From the NCBI GenBank assembly GCA_016839765.1, contig JAEOTP010000012.1, positions 32,001 to 96,000 on the forward strand: a DNA stretch of 64,000 bases, read 5' to 3'. A program made the translations under genes and the position numbers. Positions 9,590 through 18,578 of this stretch are shown here, one piece after another. Under the pieces are notes generated by a model. It did no database searches. It saw only the letters and a list, made by a program, of their open reading frames with translations, and was not told where the DNA came from. How positions within the stretch are numbered: the first letter of the stretch is position 1; each line of letters begins with the position of its first letter. This DNA comes from Promethearchaeota archaeon (GTDB lineage Archaea; Asgardarchaeota; Lokiarchaeia; Sigyniarchaeales; SOKP01).

Positions 9590-9734
9590 ATTTCTTTTTC
9601 TATATATTATATTGTGGAATTCAAATTTTATCTGCTTAAGAATAATGTTTTAATTCTTAAATTTTACATCATTAGTAATACCGTCAATTGGTCGAATAAT
9701 ATTTAAGTTTCCAAAGTTATTTGAACTATAGTAT

Positions 9735-10598
9735 ATGGAAGATAAAAGCTTAATCGAGATTAGAGACATTGGAAATAAAAATTTAATTCTCTTTTTTCTA
9801 ATAACTTTTTTGTTTTCCTGGTTGTTATGGTTACCTAGCCTATTTTCATCCGTACTTTTCTCTAAAAAAGAAGTATTGTATGAAATTTTAAATATTATCG
9901 GTGCATTTGGGCCCTTTATAGCAGCATTCGTTCTTACTTTGGTTAATGAAGGTAAGCAGGGATTAAAATTTTTGTGGAAAAGAGGTTGGCATTGTGAAAA
10001 TAAGCGATTTCTTATAATCTCCATATTTCTTATCCCTTTCTTATATCTTTCTTCCTTGATTTTAGTGATTTCTGTTGAAGGAATTATTCCATATGCGTTT
10101 ATACACTGGCCTAATCCAATTGAAATTATTACGCAGTTTGTTTTAGTTTTTTTCCTTGCTGGACCATTTCAAGAAGAATTTGGATGGAGAGGATATGCTC
10201 TTGATCGTTTACAATTAAGGTTCAATGCCCTAACTTCTAGCATTATACTTGGAGTGATTTGGGGCATATGGCATTTACCTTCGTTTTTCATAATCGGCAC
10301 AAATCAAGAAAATCAACTCTTTTACCCTTTCTTATTTAGTACAATTGTTTTATCTGTATTATTCACTTGGATATACAATTATTCTAATAGAAGCATTTTA
10401 GCAACTATGATTTTTCACGCAACAATAAATGGTTCTAATTATATATTTCGCCTGGATCAAACAACTTTAGGCTTCTGGTTTTATAGATTTTTGTTAAATT
10501 TCGTCGTGGTATATGTTGTTATAAAGTATTGCCTAAAAGATTTATCTCACTCTTCTAAAAAGGATAAAAAATCTTGTATTATAAAGGATTTGATTTAA
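9735..10598 (+). CDS. CPBP (CAAX/Abi) family intramembrane metalloprotease
   Basis: EEFGWRGY, WGIWHLP, FHATIN. Confidence 0.93.
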   Translation: MEDKSLIEIRDIGNKNLILFFLITFLFSWLLWLPSLFSSVLFSKKEVLYEILNIIGAFGPFIAAFVLTLVNEGKQGLKFLWKRGWHCENKRFLIISIFLIPFLYLSSLILVISVEGIIPYAFIHWPNPIEIITQFVLVFFLAGPFQEEFGWRGYALDRLQLRFNALTSSIILGVIWGIWHLPSFFIIGTNQENQLFYPFLFSTIVLSVLFTWIYNYSNRSILATMIFHATINGSNYIFRLDQTTLGFWFYRFLLNFVVVYVVIKYCLKDLSHSSKKDKKSCIIKDLI

Positions 10599-10684
10599 GC
10601 AACTATATTTAAATCAGTTAATTATTATAACTTAAATAAGTATTTTAGCGTTAATTTGTAAATTTATTCTCAAAATGGGTTATA

Positions 10685-11407
10685 ATGGCAGACTTTCATA
10701 CTAAAACTTTTTACGGACAAAAATCGAGTATAATTATAACAAGTCCAGCTAAAACGGTTCCTTATATCTTTATAAGCTGTATAAATAGAAAAGATGATGG
10801 GACTTGGGAAATCCCAAGCAAGAGTGAAGGTAAAACAGTAAAGATTTCAATTGAAGAGATTATCTGCTTTTTGGAAGTGCTTAGAAGAAAAAGTGCTAAC
10901 TGGAGAGGGTATCATGTCTTTAAAGAGCGAAAAACTGAAATCTACGTGGGGTGGGAAGACGAATCGCGTCAAGTGCTTAAAATTAAAATTGGTAATTATA
11001 CAAAAAAACTGCGATTTCCAAATATAAATTTCATGACGTTATTATTAGAACATTTATTACAAGAAAAAATTGAGTTCGCAACAAGCGGTACATTTGAATC
11101 TAAAGAGAAAGAAGAAAAAGTTGATGAAGAAACAGAATATAGTTTATTTTCAGAACATATTACCGCGAGAGATGGATTACAGGTTGTTGAAACCACTGAA
11201 TATGGGGTCTCTGTTGATACCGTGGAAGTGAAAGCAAAAGTGAAAGTAGAAAGCCCAAAAGCTCTCTTAATTATACTGGATACTGGAGAAGAATTTTGGA
11301 TCCCTAAATCAACGATTCATTCTTTATATGTTTTAGATAAGAAAGCCAAATATCAAAATTTTGTAGTAGATAAGTGGATTATTGAAAGAAACAAGATCAT
11401 AAGATAA
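10685..11407 (+). CDS. Hypothetical two-domain protein (possible PC4/Whirly-like N-domain and small beta-barrel C-domain)
   Basis: Long ORF whose stop overlaps the next start. N-terminal beta-beta-beta-alpha-like pattern (RKDDGTWE..K.VKISIEEI); C-terminal ESPKALLI...EFWIPKS. The fold is a guess. Confidence 0.6.
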   Translation: MADFHTKTFYGQKSSIIITSPAKTVPYIFISCINRKDDGTWEIPSKSEGKTVKISIEEIICFLEVLRRKSANWRGYHVFKERKTEIYVGWEDESRQVLKIKIGNYTKKLRFPNINFMTLLLEHLLQEKIEFATSGTFESKEKEEKVDEETEYSLFSEHITARDGLQVVETTEYGVSVDTVEVKAKVKVESPKALLIILDTGEEFWIPKSTIHSLYVLDKKAKYQNFVVDKWIIERNKIIR

Positions 11408-12651
11408 TGGCTCCAAATTCCTTAAAACTATATGAAAAACCCGTTTTTATCAATTCATTCTTACTATGTGTAAATCTTGGGCTTTTCATATTTAAAATTG
11501 TGTTTGGCATATTTAGTAGAAGTTTAGCTTTGCAAGCGGATGCATTTGATAACCTTACTGATATCGTCATGGCCTTTGCAGCATTAATCGGATTACTTTA
11601 TAGCAATAAAAAACCGAATGAAAAATTTCCTTATGGATATTACAAAATTGAAAATATTATTAGTTTAATAGTTTCTTTTTTTATTTTTTTTACAGCATAC
11701 AATATTATTGTTCAATCCATTACAAGCATCTTAGACTATTTTAAGGGGATTCATAGAATAATTATTATCTCTCCAGTAATTATAATATTTTTGATTATAT
11801 CTTTAGGAATTTCATTTTCGTTAACTTTATATTTAAAATTAATAGGAAAAAAAAGTAGATCTCCCATAATTGAGTCTGAAGCAAATGAAAAACTCTATGA
11901 TAATTTTATTTCTTTCTCGGTCATTGTTGGATTTATATGTGCTATCTTTAACATCTTCTTGGTAGATTCAATCATTGGTCTTATAATTTGTATATTTCTT
12001 ATAAAAGGGGGTTATGATATCTTTTTGAACTCAACAAAGACTCTACTTGATGCAGTTATAGAATTTGATAAAAGAAAGGAACTCTTTGAACTGATTGAGT
12101 CTTATCCAAAAGTAAAAAATGTAGATAGTTTGGAAGTAAGATCTTATGGCAGATATATTTTTGCGGAAATGATTGTTAGCTTAAATAAAGACTTAACTTT
12201 ATCTCAAATTCAATCTTTAAAAATTATTTTATCAAATAATATAAAAAATCACTTTCCTCATATATTTAAATTAATAATAATAACTAAAACGCAAGAAAAA
12301 CCTGTAATAAAAGTAGCTGTTCCTTTATTGGAAAATAATGATTTACATTCCCAAATTTCCGATCATTTTGGTGAATCGCCCTTTTTTGCGATTTTAGAAG
12401 TTCAAGAAGATAATAACGAAGTATCCCTTCAAAACTATAACATCATTAAAAATAAATATGCACACTTAGAAAAACGAAAAGGTATAAATATAGCAGATTG
12501 GTTAATATCTGAAAAAATAGACAAAGTGTATTTAAAGAATGAATTAAAAAAGGGTCCAAAGTTAATCTTTGAAAATAGCCTTGTACAAGTTATTATAACA
12601 AAATTATCAAGCCTAAAAGAGGTTTTAAGTTGGGAGCTTGAAAATCAATAA
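11407..12651 (+). CDS. Cation diffusion facilitator (FieF-like) fused to a C-terminal NifB/NifX-type domain
   Basis: SLALQADAFDNLTD, FPYGYYKIE, ZT dimer domain, C-terminal VAVPL...ISDHFGESPFF. Confidence 0.9.
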   Translation: MAPNSLKLYEKPVFINSFLLCVNLGLFIFKIVFGIFSRSLALQADAFDNLTDIVMAFAALIGLLYSNKKPNEKFPYGYYKIENIISLIVSFFIFFTAYNIIVQSITSILDYFKGIHRIIIISPVIIIFLIISLGISFSLTLYLKLIGKKSRSPIIESEANEKLYDNFISFSVIVGFICAIFNIFLVDSIIGLIICIFLIKGGYDIFLNSTKTLLDAVIEFDKRKELFELIESYPKVKNVDSLEVRSYGRYIFAEMIVSLNKDLTLSQIQSLKIILSNNIKNHFPHIFKLIIITKTQEKPVIKVAVPLLENNDLHSQISDHFGESPFFAILEVQEDNNEVSLQNYNIIKNKYAHLEKRKGINIADWLISEKIDKVYLKNELKKGPKLIFENSLVQVIITKLSSLKEVLSWELENQ

Positions 12652-12705
12652 ATAAGGTAAAAGTTAATTTCATTCTCAAATTTTGTGTAATAATTATAGA
12701 TTTTT

Positions 12706-13548
12706 ATGATTTCTATGGAATTCACTATTGATTATTTAAAAAAGCTTGCTTTAAAAGTTTATGACACGATATATCCACTTCTAGGCCGAAAAGAAGCATC
12801 TGTAAAATCTGAGAGGGGTGCAGGGGGAGATATGACAATGTACATTGATCAAGTTGCTGAAGAAATAATTATTCAGTCTCTAAAAAAAGGTAAGGTAAAT
12901 TGTTTATTAATTAGTGAAGAAATTGGAGAGAAATATATTGGAGATGAACATCAAGTAAAAAAGAATCAGCAGGTACTTATAATTGATCCCCTTGATGGGT
13001 CAAATAATGCTGTAAGAGGTGTTCCCTATTGTTCTGTATCCATAGCATATGCAATTGGGAATAAAATGAATGATATATTAAGAGCAGTAGTTCTTAATCT
13101 AAATACAAAAGATATCTATTGGGCTGAAAAAGGAAAAGGAGCTTATTTTAATAATGCACAGATTCATGTTTCTGATTTGGATATTACACAAAAGTGCTTC
13201 TTTGAATTAAACCTTCCGATGAAAAATCTAATGATAAACTTACAGAAACTAGCTCCATTAATAAGAAGATTTTATCGAATTAGAATATTGGGAAGCAGTG
13301 CTTTAACTTTATGCCAAATAGCTAGTGGTAGAATGGAAGCCTTTATTAATTTGAGAGAAACTAACCGATTAGTGGATGTGGCTGCAGGTTTTTTAATATT
13401 AAAAGAAGCTGGAGGTAAAATCTTTTCTTTAGATGGAAAGGAAATTAATAAAGATTTATCAATAGAAATAAAATTCCCATTTATTGCGTGTAATGTTAAA
13501 TTAGAATCATTTCTTAAAACTGAGCTAATTAATAAAAACAGTAAGTAA
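12706..13548 (+). CDS. Inositol monophosphatase / FBPase (archaeal bifunctional family)
   Basis: SEE, IIDPLDGSNN, R.LGSSAL, DVAAG..I.KEAGG. Confidence 0.92.
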   Translation: MISMEFTIDYLKKLALKVYDTIYPLLGRKEASVKSERGAGGDMTMYIDQVAEEIIIQSLKKGKVNCLLISEEIGEKYIGDEHQVKKNQQVLIIDPLDGSNNAVRGVPYCSVSIAYAIGNKMNDILRAVVLNLNTKDIYWAEKGKGAYFNNAQIHVSDLDITQKCFFELNLPMKNLMINLQKLAPLIRRFYRIRILGSSALTLCQIASGRMEAFINLRETNRLVDVAAGFLILKEAGGKIFSLDGKEINKDLSIEIKFPFIACNVKLESFLKTELINKNSK

Positions 13549-13627
13549 AAATTATTCTTCTTACTTTGATGGATTTATTTTAGATTTATTAACAAACTTT
13601 AAAAATAAAAAAAAAGTAATATAGAAT

Positions 13628-13687
13628 GGAGGATAATTGGTTTAGGTGTGGTCATTCGAGAAGCCATTTTTCTAAACTGATCCCTCC
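13628..13687 (+). ncRNA. Candidate structured RNA hairpin (unassigned)
   Basis: GGAGG/CCTCC, ATTGGTTTAG/CTAAACTGAT and GTGGT/GCCAT nested stems with G-U wobbles, followed by a T-tract, in an AT-rich intergenic region. Confidence 0.4.
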
Positions 13688-13767
13688 TTTTTCTATATTT
13701 TTTTTAAATTCACAATTTTTTTGAATTAATCCTTAATTCTTCTATTTATATTGTTAAATACTAAATT

Positions 13768-14367
13768 TTGAGTGAATTGGAAAGATTAAAGAGCGATTTT
13801 TTTGATAGACAAACGGTAGCTGTTGCTAAAGAATTAATAGGTAAATATATAGTGAGAAAGACGAAAAGAGGAAACATTATTGGAAAAATAATTGAAGTAG
13901 AAGCTTATTTAGGTCCAAATGATAAGGCATGTCATAGTTATAATTATAAAAAAACAGAAAGAACCAAACCAATGTATATGAAACCAGGAACGTTATATAT
14001 TTACTTTATATATGGAATGTATTACTGTTTAAATGTAGTTACTGAACCAGAAGGTATGCCTTGCGCGGTTCTGATAAGGCAATTACATCCTGTTGATGGA
14101 ATTGAAATTATGAAAAAGAATAGAAACATTAAAATCGGTAAAAATTACAAAAACCTAACTGATGGTCCTAGCAAATTATGTATGGCTTTAAACATTACAA
14201 AAGATTTTTTTAATGGAAAAGATTCATGTGCTTCTGATTCAAAACTATTTTTCACTTATGGGGATACTATTAACCCCAATGAAATTATTTTAGGAAAAAG
14301 AATTGGTATAGAATATGCGCAAGAAGATAAAGATAAGCTTTTAAGATTTACATTAAAGAGCCCTTAG
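13768..14367 (+). CDS. mpg: DNA-3-methyladenine glycosylase (MPG/AAG family)
   Basis: IIEVEAYLG, PG.LYIY.IYGMY.CLNVV, AVLIR, GPSKLC.AL, RIGI. Confidence 0.95.
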   Translation: MSELERLKSDFFDRQTVAVAKELIGKYIVRKTKRGNIIGKIIEVEAYLGPNDKACHSYNYKKTERTKPMYMKPGTLYIYFIYGMYYCLNVVTEPEGMPCAVLIRQLHPVDGIEIMKKNRNIKIGKNYKNLTDGPSKLCMALNITKDFFNGKDSCASDSKLFFTYGDTINPNEIILGKRIGIEYAQEDKDKLLRFTLKSP

Positions 14368-14396
14368 GTTTTCATTCCTTGTTAGCTAAGAATTCA

Positions 14397-14760
14397 CCTT
14401 CCTAAATTTGTAAATAATTGATTCTAATATAACCAGACTATTAAAACAGGTAAACTACACCCATTTTATTGCAAATAATCTTATCAGCGATGTGTTGTTG
14501 AATTACTTGTGGCATTATTCCGAATGCCTCTATCCCATCCACCGAAACGGCATTTGGGAATACTTTTTTCATGATATTGTATGCGACTATACCTTTTTAT
14601 AATTTGGTTTTTAAAAAACCTTGATTTTTATATCTAAATAGTGTTCGTCTTGAGATTCTTAGTAAGCGTAATACTTCGTTTGTCTTTATAATATCATTAA
14701 AAAAATGTGTTTTTTATAATAATTATAGTCAGTGAATTTAGTGATTTACTAAAGAATTAA
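14397..14760 (-). mobile_element. Internally deleted, non-autonomous IS607-family element (tnpA 5' HTH fragment + tnpB 3' fragment); boundaries approximate
   Basis: Minus strand 14689-14597 encodes IKTNEVLRLLRISRRTLFRYKNQGFLKTKL* (IS607 TnpA MerR-like HTH). In the same frame, 14587-14441 encodes VAYNIMKKVFPNAVSVDGIEAFGIMP.., a TnpB C-terminal AYNI.RK..PNAF.DGIE-type motif. Confidence 0.78.
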
Positions 14761-14951
14761 TAAGTACATCTGTATTATTTCTTCTTGATAATATCAGAGA
14801 GTAATATCTTTTATCAAATTATTAATTTATCACAATGATATTATATCCATTTATCTTAGACAAAAAAGAATAAATTTAAATAACAAATCTATGACTTTTC
14901 AAGTAGGTTATTAGTTAGAATAATTATTCATAAATTAATAGGTCATGATTA

Positions 14952-15404
14952 ATGGTAAAAGATGCTCTTAAATTCTTTCATGCTTACATTAATGAAATGA
15001 TTGATCTTGGGGGAAAGGATCTTCCAAAGTCAGTGTCAACAGCATTAGGCGCGAAATTAGCAAATATCTATAAAAGGAAAGGTATTACTGATTTAGAAAC
15101 TGCTTTGTATCAAATATATAAAGCTCTAGGCGCTAAAGTTTCAATAAAAAAGATAGATGAGGATACTTATGATGTAATCCTTAAACATTCCAAGAGGTTT
15201 TGTCCCATAGGTGGTAAAAAGAATCCAAATCTAGCAAAAACAATTCAGGAAAGCATATGTATTCCGTATACCCGAAGCTTTTTAGCTTCCCTTCTCCCAA
15301 ATTATATGTTAGAATCAGAAATTAAAGAATGTATTCTTGAAGAAAATAGTAATAGACATTGCCGTTATGTCTTAAAAGCTAAACCAAAAAATAGCCAATC
15401 TTAA
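14952..15404 (+). CDS. V4R / methanogen output domain-like ligand-binding protein
   Basis: FCPIGG, SICIPY, ECI....CRYVL Cys spacing typical of V4R-like domains. Confidence 0.55.
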   Translation: MVKDALKFFHAYINEMIDLGGKDLPKSVSTALGAKLANIYKRKGITDLETALYQIYKALGAKVSIKKIDEDTYDVILKHSKRFCPIGGKKNPNLAKTIQESICIPYTRSFLASLLPNYMLESEIKECILEENSNRHCRYVLKAKPKNSQS

Positions 15405-15504
15405 TGTTAATTAATTATCCAAATTCTTACTATTTTTATTTTTATTTTTAATTTTTAATTTTTCAATAAATAATTTTTTATTTTGTAACAACTTATTCCT
15501 TATT

Positions 15505-15808
15505 GGACAAGTTGCGCAATGTCTGAAGTCCCATGCTGGACGGACCGCGAAATGCGCATAGCGGAAGTGCCTGATTTGAGGCATTATGAGTTATTATTAG
15601 CCATTATTGTATCCCGGCGAAGCTCTCCCCATGATGGTGGGTGCCTGTGTGGTGTTTTCTGTAGGAAAAACATAATCACATAATAGCAAACCCGGCCAGG
15701 CCAGGGATGGAGCAGCCGTAAGTTTAGGTGTTCACGCTTCATGGTAAGGGAGTGGAGGGGTATGATATTTATGGACCTAATGATAGGATTGGAGCCGAGG
15801 ATCGGGTT
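15505..15808 (+). ncRNA. ffs: Signal recognition particle RNA (7S SRP RNA)
   Basis: GC-rich ~300-nt island. Helix 8 GGCCAGG-CCA-GGGA-TGG-AGCAGCC at 15694-15717, helix 6 with a GTAG tetraloop, long helix 5 pairing (15591-15615 with 15757-15786), 3' T-tract. Confidence 0.93.
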
Positions 15809-15875
15809 TTTTAAAATTTTTTCTTTAAAGATATAAAATAAAAAGTATGATATAAGATTTTAATTGAATCTAGAT

Positions 15876-16040
15876 TTACTCACTTTTAATTAATTCCCTA
15901 TGTAATTTCCGTTTAATAATCGAAATGAATTCGTTAGTATCTGGAAAAACGTAAGTTATGTCTTCCCCATCATTAATATCAACAGTTATTTCTTTGTAAA
16001 ATTTCCCTTTTACTTTTTCATCCATATCATTTAGAATCAT
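15876..16040 (-). CDS. Possible small ORF (54 aa) or gene fragment
   Basis: ATG..TAA frame MILNDMDEKVKGKFYKEITVDINDGEDITYVFPDTNEFISIIKRKLHRELIKSE with protein-like composition; no recognisable motif. Confidence 0.3.
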   Translation of the reverse strand: MILNDMDEKVKGKFYKEITVDINDGEDITYVFPDTNEFISIIKRKLHRELIKSE

Positions 16041-16194
16041 AAATAACAAGAAAAAGAAAGCAGTTCAAAAAATTGCATGATATGCTAATAATATATAGAG
16101 ATTTAATATAAATAGAAATATTAACTAAAGCTTAGCAAACTTGAAATTAAAATAATTTTAGAATTGAATAATAACAAATTGAGTTAAAAAAATA

Positions 16195-17298
16195 ATGTCT
16201 GAGGATATAATAGTTATCGATGCAAATATTCTTAAGAATTTCATGCGGGATGTCTATATTGGTTTAGGAGTTCCCAAAGAAGATGCTAAAATTATTGCTG
16301 ATGTTTTAATTACATCTGATTTAAGAGGAATAGAATCGCATGGAATTCAACGATGTAAAATGTATTATGATAGAATTAAACAAGGAATTTATGAAATAAA
16401 TACCAAAATTGATGTTATAAAGGACGGTCCAACTACGGCTCTTTGGGATGGAAATTGCGGTATGGGACATGTAATTGCTTATAAAGCCATGGAGACTGCA
16501 ATTGAGAAAGCAAAAAAGTATGGTCTTGGGGCTGTTGCAGTAAGAAATTCTACGCATTTTGGAATCGCAGGTTATTATTCCTTAATGGCGATTAATGAAG
16601 GGATGATAGGCTTCACAGTTACTAATGCAAGACCTTCAATTCCTCCTACCTTTGGAGTTGAACCTATGTTAGGAACTAATCCTTTAACAGTTGGAGCACC
16701 AACAGATGAGGATTTTCCTTTTCTTATTGATTGTGCCACGTCTATAATACAACGTGGAAAAGTAGAAGTTTATAGCCGAATAAATAAACCTTTACCAGAA
16801 AATACTGTAATAGATGATAAAGGAGAAATTCTGACTGATCCAAATAAGGTTTTAGAAGAGATGATTCATAGAAAGGCAGCTTTATTGCCTTTAGGGGGAA
16901 AAGGAGAGGACACTGCGGGATATAAAGGATACGGTTATGCAACTGTTGTTGAGCTATTGTCTGCAGCATTGCAAAACGGAATATATCTAAGAGATACACT
17001 TGGAATTGAAGAAAATGGAATAAAGAGACTTAAAGTAGGTCATTTCTTTCTCGCAATAAATATTGATAATTTTGCTGGTTTAGATTCCTTTAAAAAGACT
17101 GCTGGTAATATAATGAGGGGGCTGAGAAGTGCTAAAAAAGATCCTAAAGCTGAAAGAATATATACCGCAGGTGAAAAAGAATATGTTGCAAAGATAGAAA
17201 GGAAAAAGAAAGGAATACCTTTAAATAAAAGTCTTCAAAATGATATCAGAATTATGCAACAAGAGCAAGGGTTAGATCAATACAAATTCCCTTTTTAA
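16195..17298 (+). CDS. Ldh_2 family oxidoreductase (malate/L-lactate/sulfolactate dehydrogenase, ComC-like), copy 1
   Basis: DLRGIESHG, RNSTHFG, GTNP, DCATS, YKGYG. Confidence 0.93.
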   Translation: MSEDIIVIDANILKNFMRDVYIGLGVPKEDAKIIADVLITSDLRGIESHGIQRCKMYYDRIKQGIYEINTKIDVIKDGPTTALWDGNCGMGHVIAYKAMETAIEKAKKYGLGAVAVRNSTHFGIAGYYSLMAINEGMIGFTVTNARPSIPPTFGVEPMLGTNPLTVGAPTDEDFPFLIDCATSIIQRGKVEVYSRINKPLPENTVIDDKGEILTDPNKVLEEMIHRKAALLPLGGKGEDTAGYKGYGYATVVELLSAALQNGIYLRDTLGIEENGIKRLKVGHFFLAINIDNFAGLDSFKKTAGNIMRGLRSAKKDPKAERIYTAGEKEYVAKIERKKKGIPLNKSLQNDIRIMQQEQGLDQYKFPF

Positions 17299-17435
17299 AA
17301 TTTTTTTCTTCATACTTTTACAGTTAAACAGTTTTTGAACTTGTCTATTACTAATTCTCACCTTATATTAAATAGGATTTTAATTAAATAGAAAGGAAAT
17401 AAAATAAATTATATCACTCGATCTATGGTGAGAGC

Positions 17436-18578
17436 ATGTATACAACGGAAACTAGTGATCAGCAATCAAAGGTTGATTTCGATGAAATTGTCAATATTAA
17501 ACCATCCATTTTAAAAAACTTCATAAAAGACGTTTTTATTAAATTAGGTGCCCCCAAAAAACATGCAGGAATTGTTTCTGATGTGTTAATCACTTCTGAT
17601 ATAAGAGGTATTGATTCTCATGGTATTCAAAGATTAAAGACTTATTATGAAAGAATCAAGCAGGGTATTTATAATATAAAAACTAAACCAAAATTACTCA
17701 AGGAAACTCCAACTACAGCCGTTATAGATGGAGGATTTGGATTAGGACCTGTAATTGCTTATAAATCAATGAAATTAGCAATTAAAAAAGCTAAAAAGTA
17801 TGGATTGGGAGCTGTAGCAGTCAGGAATTCAACTCATTTTGGAATTGCTGGATATTATTCTCTAATGGCAATAAAAGAAGGAATGATTGGAATTACAACT
17901 ACAAATACAAGACCTATGGTTCCACCTACATTTGGAGTGGAGCCATTATTGGGCACAAACCCTTTAACCATGGGAGCTCCAACAGATGAAAAGTTTCCCT
18001 TTTTAATTGATTGTGCAACATCAATTATTCAGAGAGGTAAGGTAGAGGTATATAACAGATTAAATAAATCACTTCCTAATGGCTTAATAATAACAAAAAA
18101 TGGGAAAACTGAGGATGATCCCAAAGAAGTATTACATGAATTGGATGAAGCTTCAGCTGCATTATTACCTCTGGGTGGAAAAGGCGAAAGTACTTCAGGG
18201 CATAAAGGGTATGGCTATGCAACTTTTGTAGAAATATTATCTTCAGCATTACAAGAGGGTATATTTTTAAAAAATACTGCTGGGATTTATGAAAATGGTC
18301 AAAAGAGGCTACCAGTGGGCCATTTCTTCTTAGCTATTAACCTTGAAAACTTTATGGGAATAAATTCTTTTAAAAATACAACTGGAAAGATCATGAGGAG
18401 TTTAAGGAGTTCTAAAAAAGAACCTGGAGTCGAGAAGATTTATACAGGAGGAGAAAAAGAATATATCAATGAAATTGAAAGAAAAAAAACAGGAATTCCT
18501 TTAAATAAAAGTATTCAACAAGATATTAAGCTTATTCAAAAGGAATTAGAATTAGAAAAATATGTTTTTAATTTTTAA
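17436..18578 (+). CDS. Ldh_2 family oxidoreductase, tandem paralog copy 2
   Basis: DIRGIDSHG, RNSTHFG, GTNP, DCATS, HKGYG; long identical stretches shared with the upstream gene. Confidence 0.93.
   Translation: MYTTETSDQQSKVDFDEIVNIKPSILKNFIKDVFIKLGAPKKHAGIVSDVLITSDIRGIDSHGIQRLKTYYERIKQGIYNIKTKPKLLKETPTTAVIDGGFGLGPVIAYKSMKLAIKKAKKYGLGAVAVRNSTHFGIAGYYSLMAIKEGMIGITTTNTRPMVPPTFGVEPLLGTNPLTMGAPTDEKFPFLIDCATSIIQRGKVEVYNRLNKSLPNGLIITKNGKTEDDPKEVLHELDEASAALLPLGGKGESTSGHKGYGYATFVEILSSALQEGIFLKNTAGIYENGQKRLPVGHFFLAINLENFMGINSFKNTTGKIMRSLRSSKKEPGVEKIYTGGEKEYINEIERKKTGIPLNKSIQQDIKLIQKELELEKYVFNF

Noticed and set aside
13628-13687. SECIS or box C/D sRNA identity for the hairpin
   Set aside because: No AUGA/GA quartet, no RUGAUGA box C, and no UGA-containing gene upstream
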